A stretch of 64,000 nucleotides of DNA from Bacteroidota bacterium (GTDB lineage: Bacteria; Bacillota; UBA4882; JAAYXC01): positions 29,621 through 93,620 of the forward strand of contig JBLNCE010000055.1 of NCBI GenBank assembly GCA_050260415.1, written 5' to 3'. A model generated the notes under the pieces. The model was not told the DNA's origin. It saw only the letters and a program-made list of their open reading frames with translations, and ran no database searches. A program made the position numbers and the translations under genes. Below are positions 36,130 through 45,595 of the stretch, piece by piece; positions within the stretch are counted from its first letter, which is position 1; every line of letters begins with the position of its first letter.

Positions 36130-38448
36130 GTGTTTAAGAAATCTCTGGTCGTAATCTCGGTTGTCGTTATCAGCCTCTTGTTGTTCTCGACCGCCGCGTT
36201 CGGCGCCATAATCATGAAGCCTTACCTACAGGCCGTCACCACCAACAGCGTCTATGTGTTGGTGGAATGCGGTACCACCGGCACGGTGACGGTTCAGTAC
36301 GGCCCAACCACATCTTATACCATGTCGGCCACCACGGAAAGCACCGCAGCCACCACGGCTTCTCCGGTGACTTACATTCACCGGGTGAAGCTGACCGGGC
36401 TGCAACCGAACCAAACCTATCATTACAAGGCCTCGCAGGGAGGCAGCAGTCCCTATCCCGATTCCACCTTTAAAACGTTGGTCAATCCGGGAACCGGCTT
36501 CCGCTTTGCTTATGTGGCCGACCAGCGCTCCGGGACAGCGATCCATGACTCGATCAGCACGAGAATCCTGAACGCCAATCCCCTGTTTTCATTATACGGC
36601 GGCGACCTGTGCGTTTCCTCGGCGTATGCGGACTACAAGAACGAGTTCTTCCGCGCCAACGAATTGAATCTCAGCGCCAAAGTACCGTTCTTCAATTCGC
36701 CCGGCAACCACGAGGCTTGGACGCAAAACACCAAGGCGTTCACCTGGGGACCCGGCTCCACGCAGGATTACTATTCGTTCGACAGCGGCGACGTCCATTT
36801 CCTGAACTTGAACACCCAAGTGGACTGCGCGGTCGGCAGCGCCCAATACAACTTCGCGCGGAACGATCTTGCCAGCACCACCAAACCGTGGAAGATCGTC
36901 AACTTCCACAAAGGGGCCTATTGTTCGGGTGGACACGGAGAAACTGCGCAGATGAAGACCTTGTCGCAAAATGTTTTCGAGCCCAACGGCGTTGACCTGG
37001 TCTTGAACGGACACACCCATTTCTATCAGCATAACCTCGTCAGCGGCATTCACCACCTGGTGCTGGGCGGCGGGGGCGCCGGCCTGGAAACGGTGGTCGG
37101 CAGCGATCCTTATGTACGAAAAACGGTGAAGGACTATAACTACGCCATCATCGATATGACCCCCACGACATGCAATGTTACAGTTTATAACGATCATGGG
37201 ACGGTGCTTGACACACTCTCTCTGTCCAAAGGTCCGGCGCCGACTCCGACACCGACGGTCACGCCGACACCAACTCCGTCACCAACTCCGACGCCGGGGG
37301 AAATAACGGCCTTTAATCCCGAGGCGGACGCTTATGTAATGAGCGAGAACCCAACTCTGAACTATGGCACGGCAAATGTCCTGATCGTCAAGGGCCCCGG
37401 TGGGACCCTCCAGCGTGAAGCATACATTCGTTTCAACCTCAGCGGCCTGGGCGCAACCAGCGTCGCGAGCGCGACGCTGAAACTGTATGCCACCAACCTG
37501 CCCAACGGAGGCACGCCCAGCGTGAAGGTCATGTCGGTCAACGCCGATACCTGGTCCGAAAGTAGCCTCACCTGGAACAACAAACCCGCTTATAACGGTA
37601 CGGCGCTCGATACGGTGACGGTCAACGCTATCAACACCTGGTATAACTTGGACGTTACCGCTTGGGTCAACAGCAACCTGGGAGCGGGGGACGCGCAGAT
37701 CTCGCTGGCGCTAATCGGCTTGAACACTGAAAACCTATCCATTCAGTTCAGCAGCAGTGATGCGACCGGCAACATACCTGTGCTGGAAGTGAAGAGCAGC
37801 GGCGGCACATCGACGCCGACCCCAGTACCCACACCGACGCCGACGGTCACGCCGACGGTAACGCCATCACCAACTCCGACTTCAACACCCACCCCAACGC
37901 CGACGGTGACGCCGACCCCGACTCCGTCGCCGACTCCGACGCCGGGGGAGATCAGCACCTTCAATCCGGCGGCGGACGCTTATGTCATGAGTGAAAACCC
38001 GACCACGAACTACGGCACGGCGAATGTCGAGATCGTCAAAGGCCCCGGCGGCACTCTCCAGCGTGAAGCGTACGTCCGCTTCGATCTCAGCAGTCTGGGA
38101 GCAAGCAGCGTCGTCAGCGCCACGCTCAAGCTTTATGCGGTCAGCCTGCCGAACGGCGGCACACCTGGAGTCAGGGTGATGTCGGTCAATTCCGACGCGT
38201 GGACCGAGACCGGGATTACCTGGAACAACAAGCCCGCGTATAACACACCGGCCCTTGCCACCCAGACGATCACGGCCATTAACGCTTGGTATACGTTCGA
38301 TATTACCGCTTGGGTGAACAGCAACCTGGCCTCGGGCGATAAGCAGATCTCGTTGGCGCTCGTCGGTCTTAGCGCGGAGAACCTTTCCATTCAGTTCAGA
38401 AGCAAAGATGCCGCCAGCGAATTACCGGTGCTCGAAGTATCGCCATAA
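36130..38448 (+). CDS. Secreted purple acid phosphatase-like metallophosphoesterase with 2x DNRLRE/CBM96-like domains
   Basis: FN3-like H.V.LTGL.P...Y.Y; VADQ, GGDL, PGNHE, NFH, NGHTHFY; PT linkers; two DNRLRE repeats. Confidence 0.87.
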   Translation: MFKKSLVVISVVVISLLLFSTAAFGAIIMKPYLQAVTTNSVYVLVECGTTGTVTVQYGPTTSYTMSATTESTAATTASPVTYIHRVKLTGLQPNQTYHYKASQGGSSPYPDSTFKTLVNPGTGFRFAYVADQRSGTAIHDSISTRILNANPLFSLYGGDLCVSSAYADYKNEFFRANELNLSAKVPFFNSPGNHEAWTQNTKAFTWGPGSTQDYYSFDSGDVHFLNLNTQVDCAVGSAQYNFARNDLASTTKPWKIVNFHKGAYCSGGHGETAQMKTLSQNVFEPNGVDLVLNGHTHFYQHNLVSGIHHLVLGGGGAGLETVVGSDPYVRKTVKDYNYAIIDMTPTTCNVTVYNDHGTVLDTLSLSKGPAPTPTPTVTPTPTPSPTPTPGEITAFNPEADAYVMSENPTLNYGTANVLIVKGPGGTLQREAYIRFNLSGLGATSVASATLKLYATNLPNGGTPSVKVMSVNADTWSESSLTWNNKPAYNGTALDTVTVNAINTWYNLDVTAWVNSNLGAGDAQISLALIGLNTENLSIQFSSSDATGNIPVLEVKSSGGTSTPTPVPTPTPTVTPTVTPSPTPTSTPTPTPTVTPTPTPSPTPTPGEISTFNPAADAYVMSENPTTNYGTANVEIVKGPGGTLQREAYVRFDLSSLGASSVVSATLKLYAVSLPNGGTPGVRVMSVNSDAWTETGITWNNKPAYNTPALATQTITAINAWYTFDITAWVNSNLASGDKQISLALVGLSAENLSIQFRSKDAASELPVLEVSP

Positions 38449-38504
38449 TACTTCAACAAGTCATGGTGTGCTAAACTCGGATTTCGAAAGTACCTTGTTT
38501 AGCT

Positions 38505-38549
38505 GCGGCTTTGGCGCGAAATCACGTACGCGGCAAAGCCGCTTGTTTT
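38505..38549 (+). terminator. Putative intrinsic terminator
   Basis: GCGGCTTTG...CAAAGCCGC followed by TTGTTTT. Confidence 0.5.
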
Positions 38550-38645
38550 CCAGCACTTGCGAAATCTCGACAACAGACACCGTCATCGGCTTCGATCCCT
38601 TGAAGATGTCAATTAAACAGAGCAATAAATACGGGGGTGATTTTG

Positions 38646-41417
38646 ATGAAAAAAAACATCATCGTGATGTTGGTCGTTTTTTTAGGCGGGTTATCGCTCA
38701 TTACCAGCGTTTTGTTTCCGCAACAATTGCTCTCGGCATCGGCCACTTATACTTTCGGCCCTAGCGGCCATGATGGCGGAGGAGGCCAAAGCGCGATTGC
38801 GGTTGATCCGTTTCATCCGGGGACGATCGTTTCCGGCGCGGATATCTCGGGATTTCACCGTTCCACCGATTACGGCAGGAACTGGACGCCTGTGAATATT
38901 CATGCCGCCGGCTCACAGGCGATGTTCAGTCTCAGGATGCAATACAAGGTGGCCTCGGTGGTTTTTTCCAAGAAGACCGCGGATAAATTGTACGCCGGCG
39001 TAGGCCACCAGGGTGCAAACGGAGGCTTTGTCCTTTCCACCGACGGCGGAAGAACCTGGACTCTGAAGTCGACGGTGCCGCAGTTTTGCGGCGGTAATAC
39101 CGCTTCGCCGCTGCCGAACCCCGGACATCCAAGATCGGTGGGCAAGCTCATCGTCTTGGATCCTAGCCAGACCAATGAGTACATCTATGCCGGTACTTAC
39201 AGCCAGGGGTTGATGCGTTCCAACGACGACGGGGCAACCTGGACCACGCTCGGACTCAGCGGTAAGTACATCAGGGGTGTGGCGATCGATGAGAACAATC
39301 CCCAAACGCTGTACGTGGCATGTTACGACACCAACGGCGGCACCAGTGAAGCGGTATATAAGGTTACGAGCGCAAGAGGCACCCCTGACATTACGCGCCT
39401 TGATACCAGCTTCTTCGCGGCCGAGGAACTGGTGGTCGTAAACGGGGTTCTTTACGTCGCGGCCAACGCTGACGGAGTATGGAAATATGACGGAACCGCC
39501 TGGACACAATTGTATACGGATTCTACCCCGAGTATCTTCTATTCGATCGACGGTTACTGGAACTCATCCACCGGCAAGGCGGTGATTTTTGCGGGTACCG
39601 CGGATCACGCCAGACCCGTTGCCGGTTCAACCTATCTGCATTACAGCATCATCAGATCAACCGACTCGGGAGCTACCTGGACCTGCCTGACGGATGATGA
39701 GACAAAGCTTCACCGGAACATGCCGATGGGAGATGCCGACGGTGAAATCTGGTGGCATTCGCAACACGATACATGGTACCAACCTATCATGGGCGGTATT
39801 ACTTACGTTGCCTGCCAGCTTGTACTGGATCCGACCGATTATACACACAATCGACTATACTCCGCCGGACGCGCCGGCACATGGCGTACCGATAATGCGC
39901 TTGCCGCCGATCCTGATTGGTATCCGGCCATGAGACACATGAATGTTACCATAAACCGAGGTGTTGTTGCGGACCCCAATGATGCAAACCGAGTAGACAT
40001 TCTTGACGTCGACTGGGTTTACTTGTGGTCCACCGATAAACTGAGTCATATGTACATGAATAAGCCAACCGAGGATTCGGAATACTGCCTTGCGCTCGAC
40101 TCGACTACAGATCCTTCCAATCCTTCCACGGTTTACCTGGGCGCCGGGACAAACCTCTACTACCTGGCCGACCCGTTGACACCTGGTTCCGCCTGGAGCA
40201 CCATTCTATCCGGGCAGGGAAGGGTGCTTGGCGTGACCGTAAAGAAAGTCGGAACCGAGCGGGTAGTTATTGCCGCTTGTGAAGGCACCGGAATATGGAG
40301 AAAACAGGGTTCGGCAGATTGGGTGAACGTCTATAACAGCGACAGCGTATTGACAAATATGGCCGGGCAGGATAAAGCCATTTTCTCCTGGGGCGGCGGC
40401 ACATCCGCGACAGTTTATTTTACGGATCGGGTAAACGGCATCTACCGTTCACTTGACAACGGCTCGACCTGGACCAGGGTCAACAGCAGCATCGTCGGAT
40501 CGGGCGACATGGCCAAGTATTGCGGGTTTGTAAGTTTGGACCCAACCGATGACAATATCTTGTACATTTCAAACACCGGCGGGGTATGGAAGTCCGCCAA
40601 TGCCAAAGCCAGTAATCCGACCTTCTCCGATATTACCTCGGCCATTCCGGGGCTTGGCGTCCCGGCCGCGCTTACCCACGATGATGACGGCAATGTTTAC
40701 CTGGCGTCGATCGTAACCGCCACTCAAGATCCGAAGCTTTTCTTCCTGCAAAAAGGCGGAGGCACTTGGACCGATATCGCTGACCCCGGTTATAAAGCGC
40801 AGGCGGGGTTCTTATGGCAGATCTCCGTTGGACCGCGTCCGGATCACGTGATTTATGCAGCTTGTGATGCAACCGGTGTGACCGTGGGTACTTTAGCTTC
40901 CTTGCCTACGCCTACATCCACGCCGACACCCACGCCAACCCCAACCCCGACTTCAGCCCCTACACCGACGCCAGGCAATATCTTGTTCTCCGATGATTTT
41001 GAGGGGGGCAATTTCAACAATTGGGGCAACGCGAGTTCTACTACAGCCGAAATCTGGACGGCTAACGTCCATCAAGGAGCATATTCCGCTAGGATCTACA
41101 ACCTGACAGGCGAGGCTGATTTGCTTAGTAAACCTCATGATACGACCGGTAAGTACGGTATGACTTTAACGTATTGGATTAAGATGCCTACCTTGGCATC
41201 CGGGCATAAACTGTTGGTCGAATATACTACTGACGGTACGACCTACGTTGCTGCCCATACACTCAGCGCTGTAATCGCAAAATGGACCCAAAAGACATTC
41301 ACCTTCCCGTCAAGCTGCGATAATAATCCAAACTTCAAGTTCAGGTTCAGAGCGCCATCGGCATATTTCTCCGGTTCGGATGTGGCATATCTGGACGAAA
41401 TTGTGGTAAGTGACTAA
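38646..41417 (+). CDS. Secreted BNR beta-propeller protein with PT linker and C-terminal beta-sandwich (CBM-like) domain
   Basis: Collinear paralog of 30439-32676 (GADISGF, PRS.G, WWHSQ, AGRAG.WRTDNALA, DVDW); tail begins LFSDDFEGG. Confidence 0.82.
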   Translation: MKKNIIVMLVVFLGGLSLITSVLFPQQLLSASATYTFGPSGHDGGGGQSAIAVDPFHPGTIVSGADISGFHRSTDYGRNWTPVNIHAAGSQAMFSLRMQYKVASVVFSKKTADKLYAGVGHQGANGGFVLSTDGGRTWTLKSTVPQFCGGNTASPLPNPGHPRSVGKLIVLDPSQTNEYIYAGTYSQGLMRSNDDGATWTTLGLSGKYIRGVAIDENNPQTLYVACYDTNGGTSEAVYKVTSARGTPDITRLDTSFFAAEELVVVNGVLYVAANADGVWKYDGTAWTQLYTDSTPSIFYSIDGYWNSSTGKAVIFAGTADHARPVAGSTYLHYSIIRSTDSGATWTCLTDDETKLHRNMPMGDADGEIWWHSQHDTWYQPIMGGITYVACQLVLDPTDYTHNRLYSAGRAGTWRTDNALAADPDWYPAMRHMNVTINRGVVADPNDANRVDILDVDWVYLWSTDKLSHMYMNKPTEDSEYCLALDSTTDPSNPSTVYLGAGTNLYYLADPLTPGSAWSTILSGQGRVLGVTVKKVGTERVVIAACEGTGIWRKQGSADWVNVYNSDSVLTNMAGQDKAIFSWGGGTSATVYFTDRVNGIYRSLDNGSTWTRVNSSIVGSGDMAKYCGFVSLDPTDDNILYISNTGGVWKSANAKASNPTFSDITSAIPGLGVPAALTHDDDGNVYLASIVTATQDPKLFFLQKGGGTWTDIADPGYKAQAGFLWQISVGPRPDHVIYAACDATGVTVGTLASLPTPTSTPTPTPTPTPTSAPTPTPGNILFSDDFEGGNFNNWGNASSTTAEIWTANVHQGAYSARIYNLTGEADLLSKPHDTTGKYGMTLTYWIKMPTLASGHKLLVEYTTDGTTYVAAHTLSAVIAKWTQKTFTFPSSCDNNPNFKFRFRAPSAYFSGSDVAYLDEIVVSD

Positions 41418-41429
41418 GAACTGGTATAT

Positions 41430-41802
41430 TAAAGGTGCCAGGCATCGGCTTCGACGTCCAGAGCAATGACGCTAGGTGACACTGGTAAGAGAGCGGGGAC
41501 GGTGGGCTCGGCTGGCGATGGCCAACGAGCCCACCGCAATCCGGCCTTTTTCGCAGTCTTTGGCGGCGTAACCGACTACAATAAGGCTCGGGAGGGCAGA
41601 AGCCTACACAAACGCCGAACAGAGCGAACGCACGGCCTAAACGTCGAGGCATTTCGGCGTCTTGGGGACTATGCGGGCGAGCAGGGAATTCATATCGGAC
41701 TTCAGAACTTTACTCGGCGAGGGGCTGCCTCCACGGCGGAACTATTGGCAGCTCCTTAACGCGATTGGCAATTCGGCAATCGGTATCACTTTTGACACAT
41801 AG
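41430..41802 (+). pseudogene. Remnant of sugar phosphate isomerase/epimerase (xylose isomerase-like TIM barrel)
   Basis: Fragments VFGG, NVEAFRRLGDYAGEQGIHIGLQN and IGITFD-stop, interrupted by stops. Confidence 0.55.
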
Positions 41803-41947
41803 ACCCATTGTCCCTGATTGCCGACCGATGACGGGATCTGCCGATAGACCATCTATCCTTTATCCCCCATAATTTAGTCATGGAAAGGGACTAGAAACGC
41901 GGCGACGGTATTTCTGTCGACCCGATCAGCGAGTAGGTGAATTAAGG

Positions 41948-42904
41948 ATGAAGCCCGCGATATCCCAAGATATATACGGGTACGGGACGGAGCGAAGACG
42001 GTCGGAATTCCGCAAAAAGATTGGCCGTAACTGGGATCTCTACCTTTTGATCCTGCCGGTGTTAGCGTATTTCGTCATTTTTCATTACTGGCCGATGCTC
42101 GGGATCCAGATTGCATTCAAGAAGTTTTACGCCATCAAAGGCATCTGGGGTAGTCCCTGGGTGGGATTTGAGAATTTCGCACGCTTCTTCGGATCGTATT
42201 ATTTTTGGCGGCTGATCGGGAACACCTTGGGCATCAGCTTGATGCAATTGGTGATCGGATTTCCGGCACCGATATTGCTGGCTTTGATGTTGAATGAGGT
42301 ACGTAATAAATACTTTAAGAAATCTGTTCAAATGATAACATATGCACCACATTTTTTGTCGATTGTGGTAGTAGTTGGGATGATGGTGGCATTTCTTTCA
42401 CCTACGACTGGGAATGTTAATTATTTAATTCAATTACTTGGTGGTAAACCCATATTCTTCATGGCGGAATCGAGTTGGTTTAAACCCCTGTATGTATTGT
42501 CAGGCATATGGCAAAATGCCGGTTGGAGATCGATCATTTTTATCGCCGCGTTGGCGAATATTGATCCACAGTTATATGAGGCCGCCGAGGTCGATGGCGC
42601 CAGCAAACTCCAGAGAATTAGGCATGTCACCATACCGGGTATCCTGCCGACGGCAATCATCATGCTTATTATGGAAACCGGCCGGGTGATGAATATCGGC
42701 TTTGAAAAGGCATTTTTAATGCAAAATCCGGCCAATATTGCCGCATCCGAGGTTATTTCCACATATGTTTATAAAGTGGGCTTGTTGAATGCTCAATTCA
42801 GTTTTGCCACGGCGGTCGGACTCTTTAATGCGGTAGTAAACATTTGTTTACTGCTAATGGTGAACCGGATCGCAAAACATGTCAGTCAGACCAGTCTGTG
42901 GTAG
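41948..42904 (+). CDS. Polysaccharide ABC permease, LplB-like
   Basis: IQIAFK, SPWVG, YAPHFLS.VV, IDPQLYEAA.VDGA, VISTYVY. Confidence 0.93.
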   Translation: MKPAISQDIYGYGTERRRSEFRKKIGRNWDLYLLILPVLAYFVIFHYWPMLGIQIAFKKFYAIKGIWGSPWVGFENFARFFGSYYFWRLIGNTLGISLMQLVIGFPAPILLALMLNEVRNKYFKKSVQMITYAPHFLSIVVVVGMMVAFLSPTTGNVNYLIQLLGGKPIFFMAESSWFKPLYVLSGIWQNAGWRSIIFIAALANIDPQLYEAAEVDGASKLQRIRHVTIPGILPTAIIMLIMETGRVMNIGFEKAFLMQNPANIAASEVISTYVYKVGLLNAQFSFATAVGLFNAVVNICLLLMVNRIAKHVSQTSLW

Positions 42905-42917
42905 GAAGGTGACTACA

Positions 42918-43808
42918 ATGAGTGTAACCAAAAAAACGAGTGGCGATAGGATTTTTAGTATTTTTAACATAAGTTTATTAACTGCCATCTCTATCATAAT
43001 TCTATATCCATTAATTTATATGGTTAGCGCATCTTTTAGTGATCCTGAAGCTGTAATTCAAGGGAAAGTTGTTTTACTTCCAGTAAAATTCAATATAGAT
43101 GCTTACCTTAGAGTGCTCAAGAACCCCGATATCTTAATAGGTTATCGTAATACGGTCCTTTACACAACGGTTGGCGTCATTGTTAATATAATAATGACCA
43201 CCTTCGCGGCCTATCCTTTATCGCGAAAGAATTTTTATGGGAGAAACGTAATCACTATGTTCATTACGTTCACCATGTTTTTTAACGCTGGTTTGATCCC
43301 TAATTATTTGGTGATAACGCAGTTGGGTCTACGTGATAATTTTTGGGTGATGATTTTTCCTGGGGCGATTACAGTAATGAATTTAATCATTATGCGGACC
43401 TTTTTCCAAAATTCAATCCCAGAAGAATTATACGAGGCCGCCTTTACCGATGGATGCACCAATATCCAAGCGCTTTTCAAAATAGTCTTACCCCTCTCTA
43501 AACCAGTGCTCGCTGTCATGGTATTATTTTATGGGGTAATGCATTGGAACTCCTTTTTTAATGCCTTGATCTATTTGACTGATCGGCAAAAATATCCGTT
43601 GCAAATAATTTTACGGGAAATACTCATCCAAAGCAAGATGCAAGACATGATGGAGAGCAGCTCGGAAGCAGTCTATCGCCAACAGTTGCTCTATGAGACG
43701 TTGAAATTTGCAGTTATTGTGGTTTCCAGTCTACCGATGTTGGCTATCTATCCGATCATTCAGCGGTATTTTGTCAAGGGAGTCATGATCGGAGCGATCA
43801 AAGGATGA
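42918..43808 (+). CDS. Polysaccharide ABC permease, LplC-like
   Basis: AYPLSRK, MFFNAGLIP.Y, IPEELYEAA..DG, QRYFVKGVMIGAIKG. Confidence 0.93.
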   Translation: MSVTKKTSGDRIFSIFNISLLTAISIIILYPLIYMVSASFSDPEAVIQGKVVLLPVKFNIDAYLRVLKNPDILIGYRNTVLYTTVGVIVNIIMTTFAAYPLSRKNFYGRNVITMFITFTMFFNAGLIPNYLVITQLGLRDNFWVMIFPGAITVMNLIIMRTFFQNSIPEELYEAAFTDGCTNIQALFKIVLPLSKPVLAVMVLFYGVMHWNSFFNALIYLTDRQKYPLQIILREILIQSKMQDMMESSSEAVYRQQLLYETLKFAVIVVSSLPMLAIYPIIQRYFVKGVMIGAIKG

Positions 43809-43903
43809 ATTCCGACGACACCAAAAGGGGGGATAGCACAGTCAAAGTTCGCGCCAGTAACGGGATTTAGGGCATTGAAAAGTAATGAGGGGGGTAATAT
43901 CCA

Positions 43904-45508
43904 GTGCTTGGAAGAAGACTTCTAGTGCTCCTAATGGTGTTGGCAATCGTCGCCGTGACTGGATTTGCGGCCACGGATGCCAATTTCAATGCAAAAGGAT
44001 ACCCGATCGTCAAGCAGCCTATCACATTAAAGATGATGGGCAGTAAAACCATAACTCACGGTCCATGGGATAAGATGTTAGTCTTCCAGGAGGTTGAGAA
44101 AAAGACCGGTATTCATATTGTCTGGGACACGCCGCCGGAAAACATCTATATGGAACGTAAGAGTATCATCTTCGCCGCCAACGAATTACCTGATGCATTT
44201 TTCAAAGGTCAACTAAGTAGCCAGGAAGTTGCCGATTACGGTTCTCAAGGATTGTTGATCCCTCTTAATAAACTAATTGACAAATATGCCCCAAACTTCA
44301 AAAAGGTTTTGCGTGAATTCCCCGATGTCAAGAAAACCATTACTTCCGCCGATGGAAATATATATTGTTTGACAGGAGTTACCGGTTATGCTGACGGGCT
44401 AATCAACGCCCCCACCTGGATCAATAAGAAATGGCTCGATGCGTTGAAGCTGCCCATGCCGACCACCACCGATGAGCTATACAAAGTGTTGAAGGCATTT
44501 AAGGAAAAAGATCCGAACGGAAATGGGAAACAAGACGAAATCCCCTTGGCGGCCGCGACAAATTTCGCGGTGCCAACCCAAGCGCCGGATATTATTCATT
44601 CGTTGAGAGGCTGTTGGGGACTGGGCAACCGCGGCACCACCGGTACGGCAGACTTCGATCTGGATAAGAGCGGTAAGGTTCGCTACATCCCGGTTGACAG
44701 CCGCTATAAAGAACTCTTGGCCTATATTAATAAGCTCTATGTCGAGGGGTTGGTCGATAAGGAACTTTTCACCCAAAAGAAGGCCCAATATCAGGCCAAG
44801 GGCAGTCAAGGTCTTTACGGAATGTTCATACGTAATACTCCGGATCAGGCGGGCGCCGTAAAGTATATGGCGGACTATGTCGGGACCGGCTGTTTCAAAG
44901 GCCCGCATGGGGACAAATTGCATTCAAATGTATCGGATCCTTCTTCCAACCCGGTCGGGGCATTCGCGATCACCAAAAAGAACAGGTATCCGGAAGCCAC
45001 GATGCGGTGGGTGGATTATTTCTATGGCGAAGAGGGCGCGATCTTGATGGCGGCCGGGATCAAGGGCGTTACGTACCAGGTACTGCCCGATGGCACCATC
45101 ACATACATGGAAAACATTACCAAGAATCCACAGGGGCTGACCCAGAACGATGCAATCGGCCAGTTCAGCCCGATTCCAGGCGGCGGAATACCCCGCCTAA
45201 TACTGGAAAAGTACGATCTCCTGCCTAAAAATGCGCCGGCTGCCAAGGCGGCACGCGCGTCGGTCGTTCCATACATTCCGAAAGAAGTTTGGCCGGAATT
45301 CACATTCACGGAGGCGGAACGAGCCCAGCTCAGCGTGCTGCAAAACGATATCAACACCTATGTCCGGGAAATGGAAGCGAAATTCATCATGGGCGCCGAG
45401 CCGTTATCGTCCTGGGACAAATACGTCGCGCAGGTCAAGCGGATCGGTCTGGCGAAACTTTTGGAGATCTATACGGCCGCCTATAAACGATGGAAGAGCG
45501 GCAGGTAA
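43904..45508 (+). CDS. Oligosaccharide ABC solute-binding protein (LplA-like)
   Basis: GYPIV..PITL, LIPLN.LIDKYAPN, DPNGNGKQDEIPL, EAKFIMG...WD.YV. Confidence 0.92.
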   Translation: MLGRRLLVLLMVLAIVAVTGFAATDANFNAKGYPIVKQPITLKMMGSKTITHGPWDKMLVFQEVEKKTGIHIVWDTPPENIYMERKSIIFAANELPDAFFKGQLSSQEVADYGSQGLLIPLNKLIDKYAPNFKKVLREFPDVKKTITSADGNIYCLTGVTGYADGLINAPTWINKKWLDALKLPMPTTTDELYKVLKAFKEKDPNGNGKQDEIPLAAATNFAVPTQAPDIIHSLRGCWGLGNRGTTGTADFDLDKSGKVRYIPVDSRYKELLAYINKLYVEGLVDKELFTQKKAQYQAKGSQGLYGMFIRNTPDQAGAVKYMADYVGTGCFKGPHGDKLHSNVSDPSSNPVGAFAITKKNRYPEATMRWVDYFYGEEGAILMAAGIKGVTYQVLPDGTITYMENITKNPQGLTQNDAIGQFSPIPGGGIPRLILEKYDLLPKNAPAAKAARASVVPYIPKEVWPEFTFTEAERAQLSVLQNDINTYVREMEAKFIMGAEPLSSWDKYVAQVKRIGLAKLLEIYTAAYKRWKSGR

Positions 45509-45525
45509 TCAGGTAACTCTGGTCT

Positions 45526-45572
45526 GAGGAACGGATGGATTTCCACATTCGTTCCTCTGACTGCCCCTTTAT
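45526..45572 (+). terminator. Hairpin after SBP gene
   Basis: GAGGAACG...CGTTCCTC followed by a T-rich stretch. Confidence 0.5.
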
Positions 45573-45595
45573 TGTCGTAACCGGGGGTGACAACG

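Noticed and set aside
33218-38440. Repeated ~490-bp modules as DGR template/variable repeats or cellulosome cohesins
   Set aside because: No reverse transcriptase is present, the differences are not adenine-specific, and the motifs match DNRLRE rather than cohesin or dockerin.
33718-40972. ACNCCG tandem repeats as VNTR or contingency loci
   Set aside because: They encode ordinary Pro-Thr linkers with varied synonymous codons.
41810-41850. TGCCGA direct repeat upstream of lplB as an AraC site
   Set aside because: Only 6 bp, twice; too weak to call.
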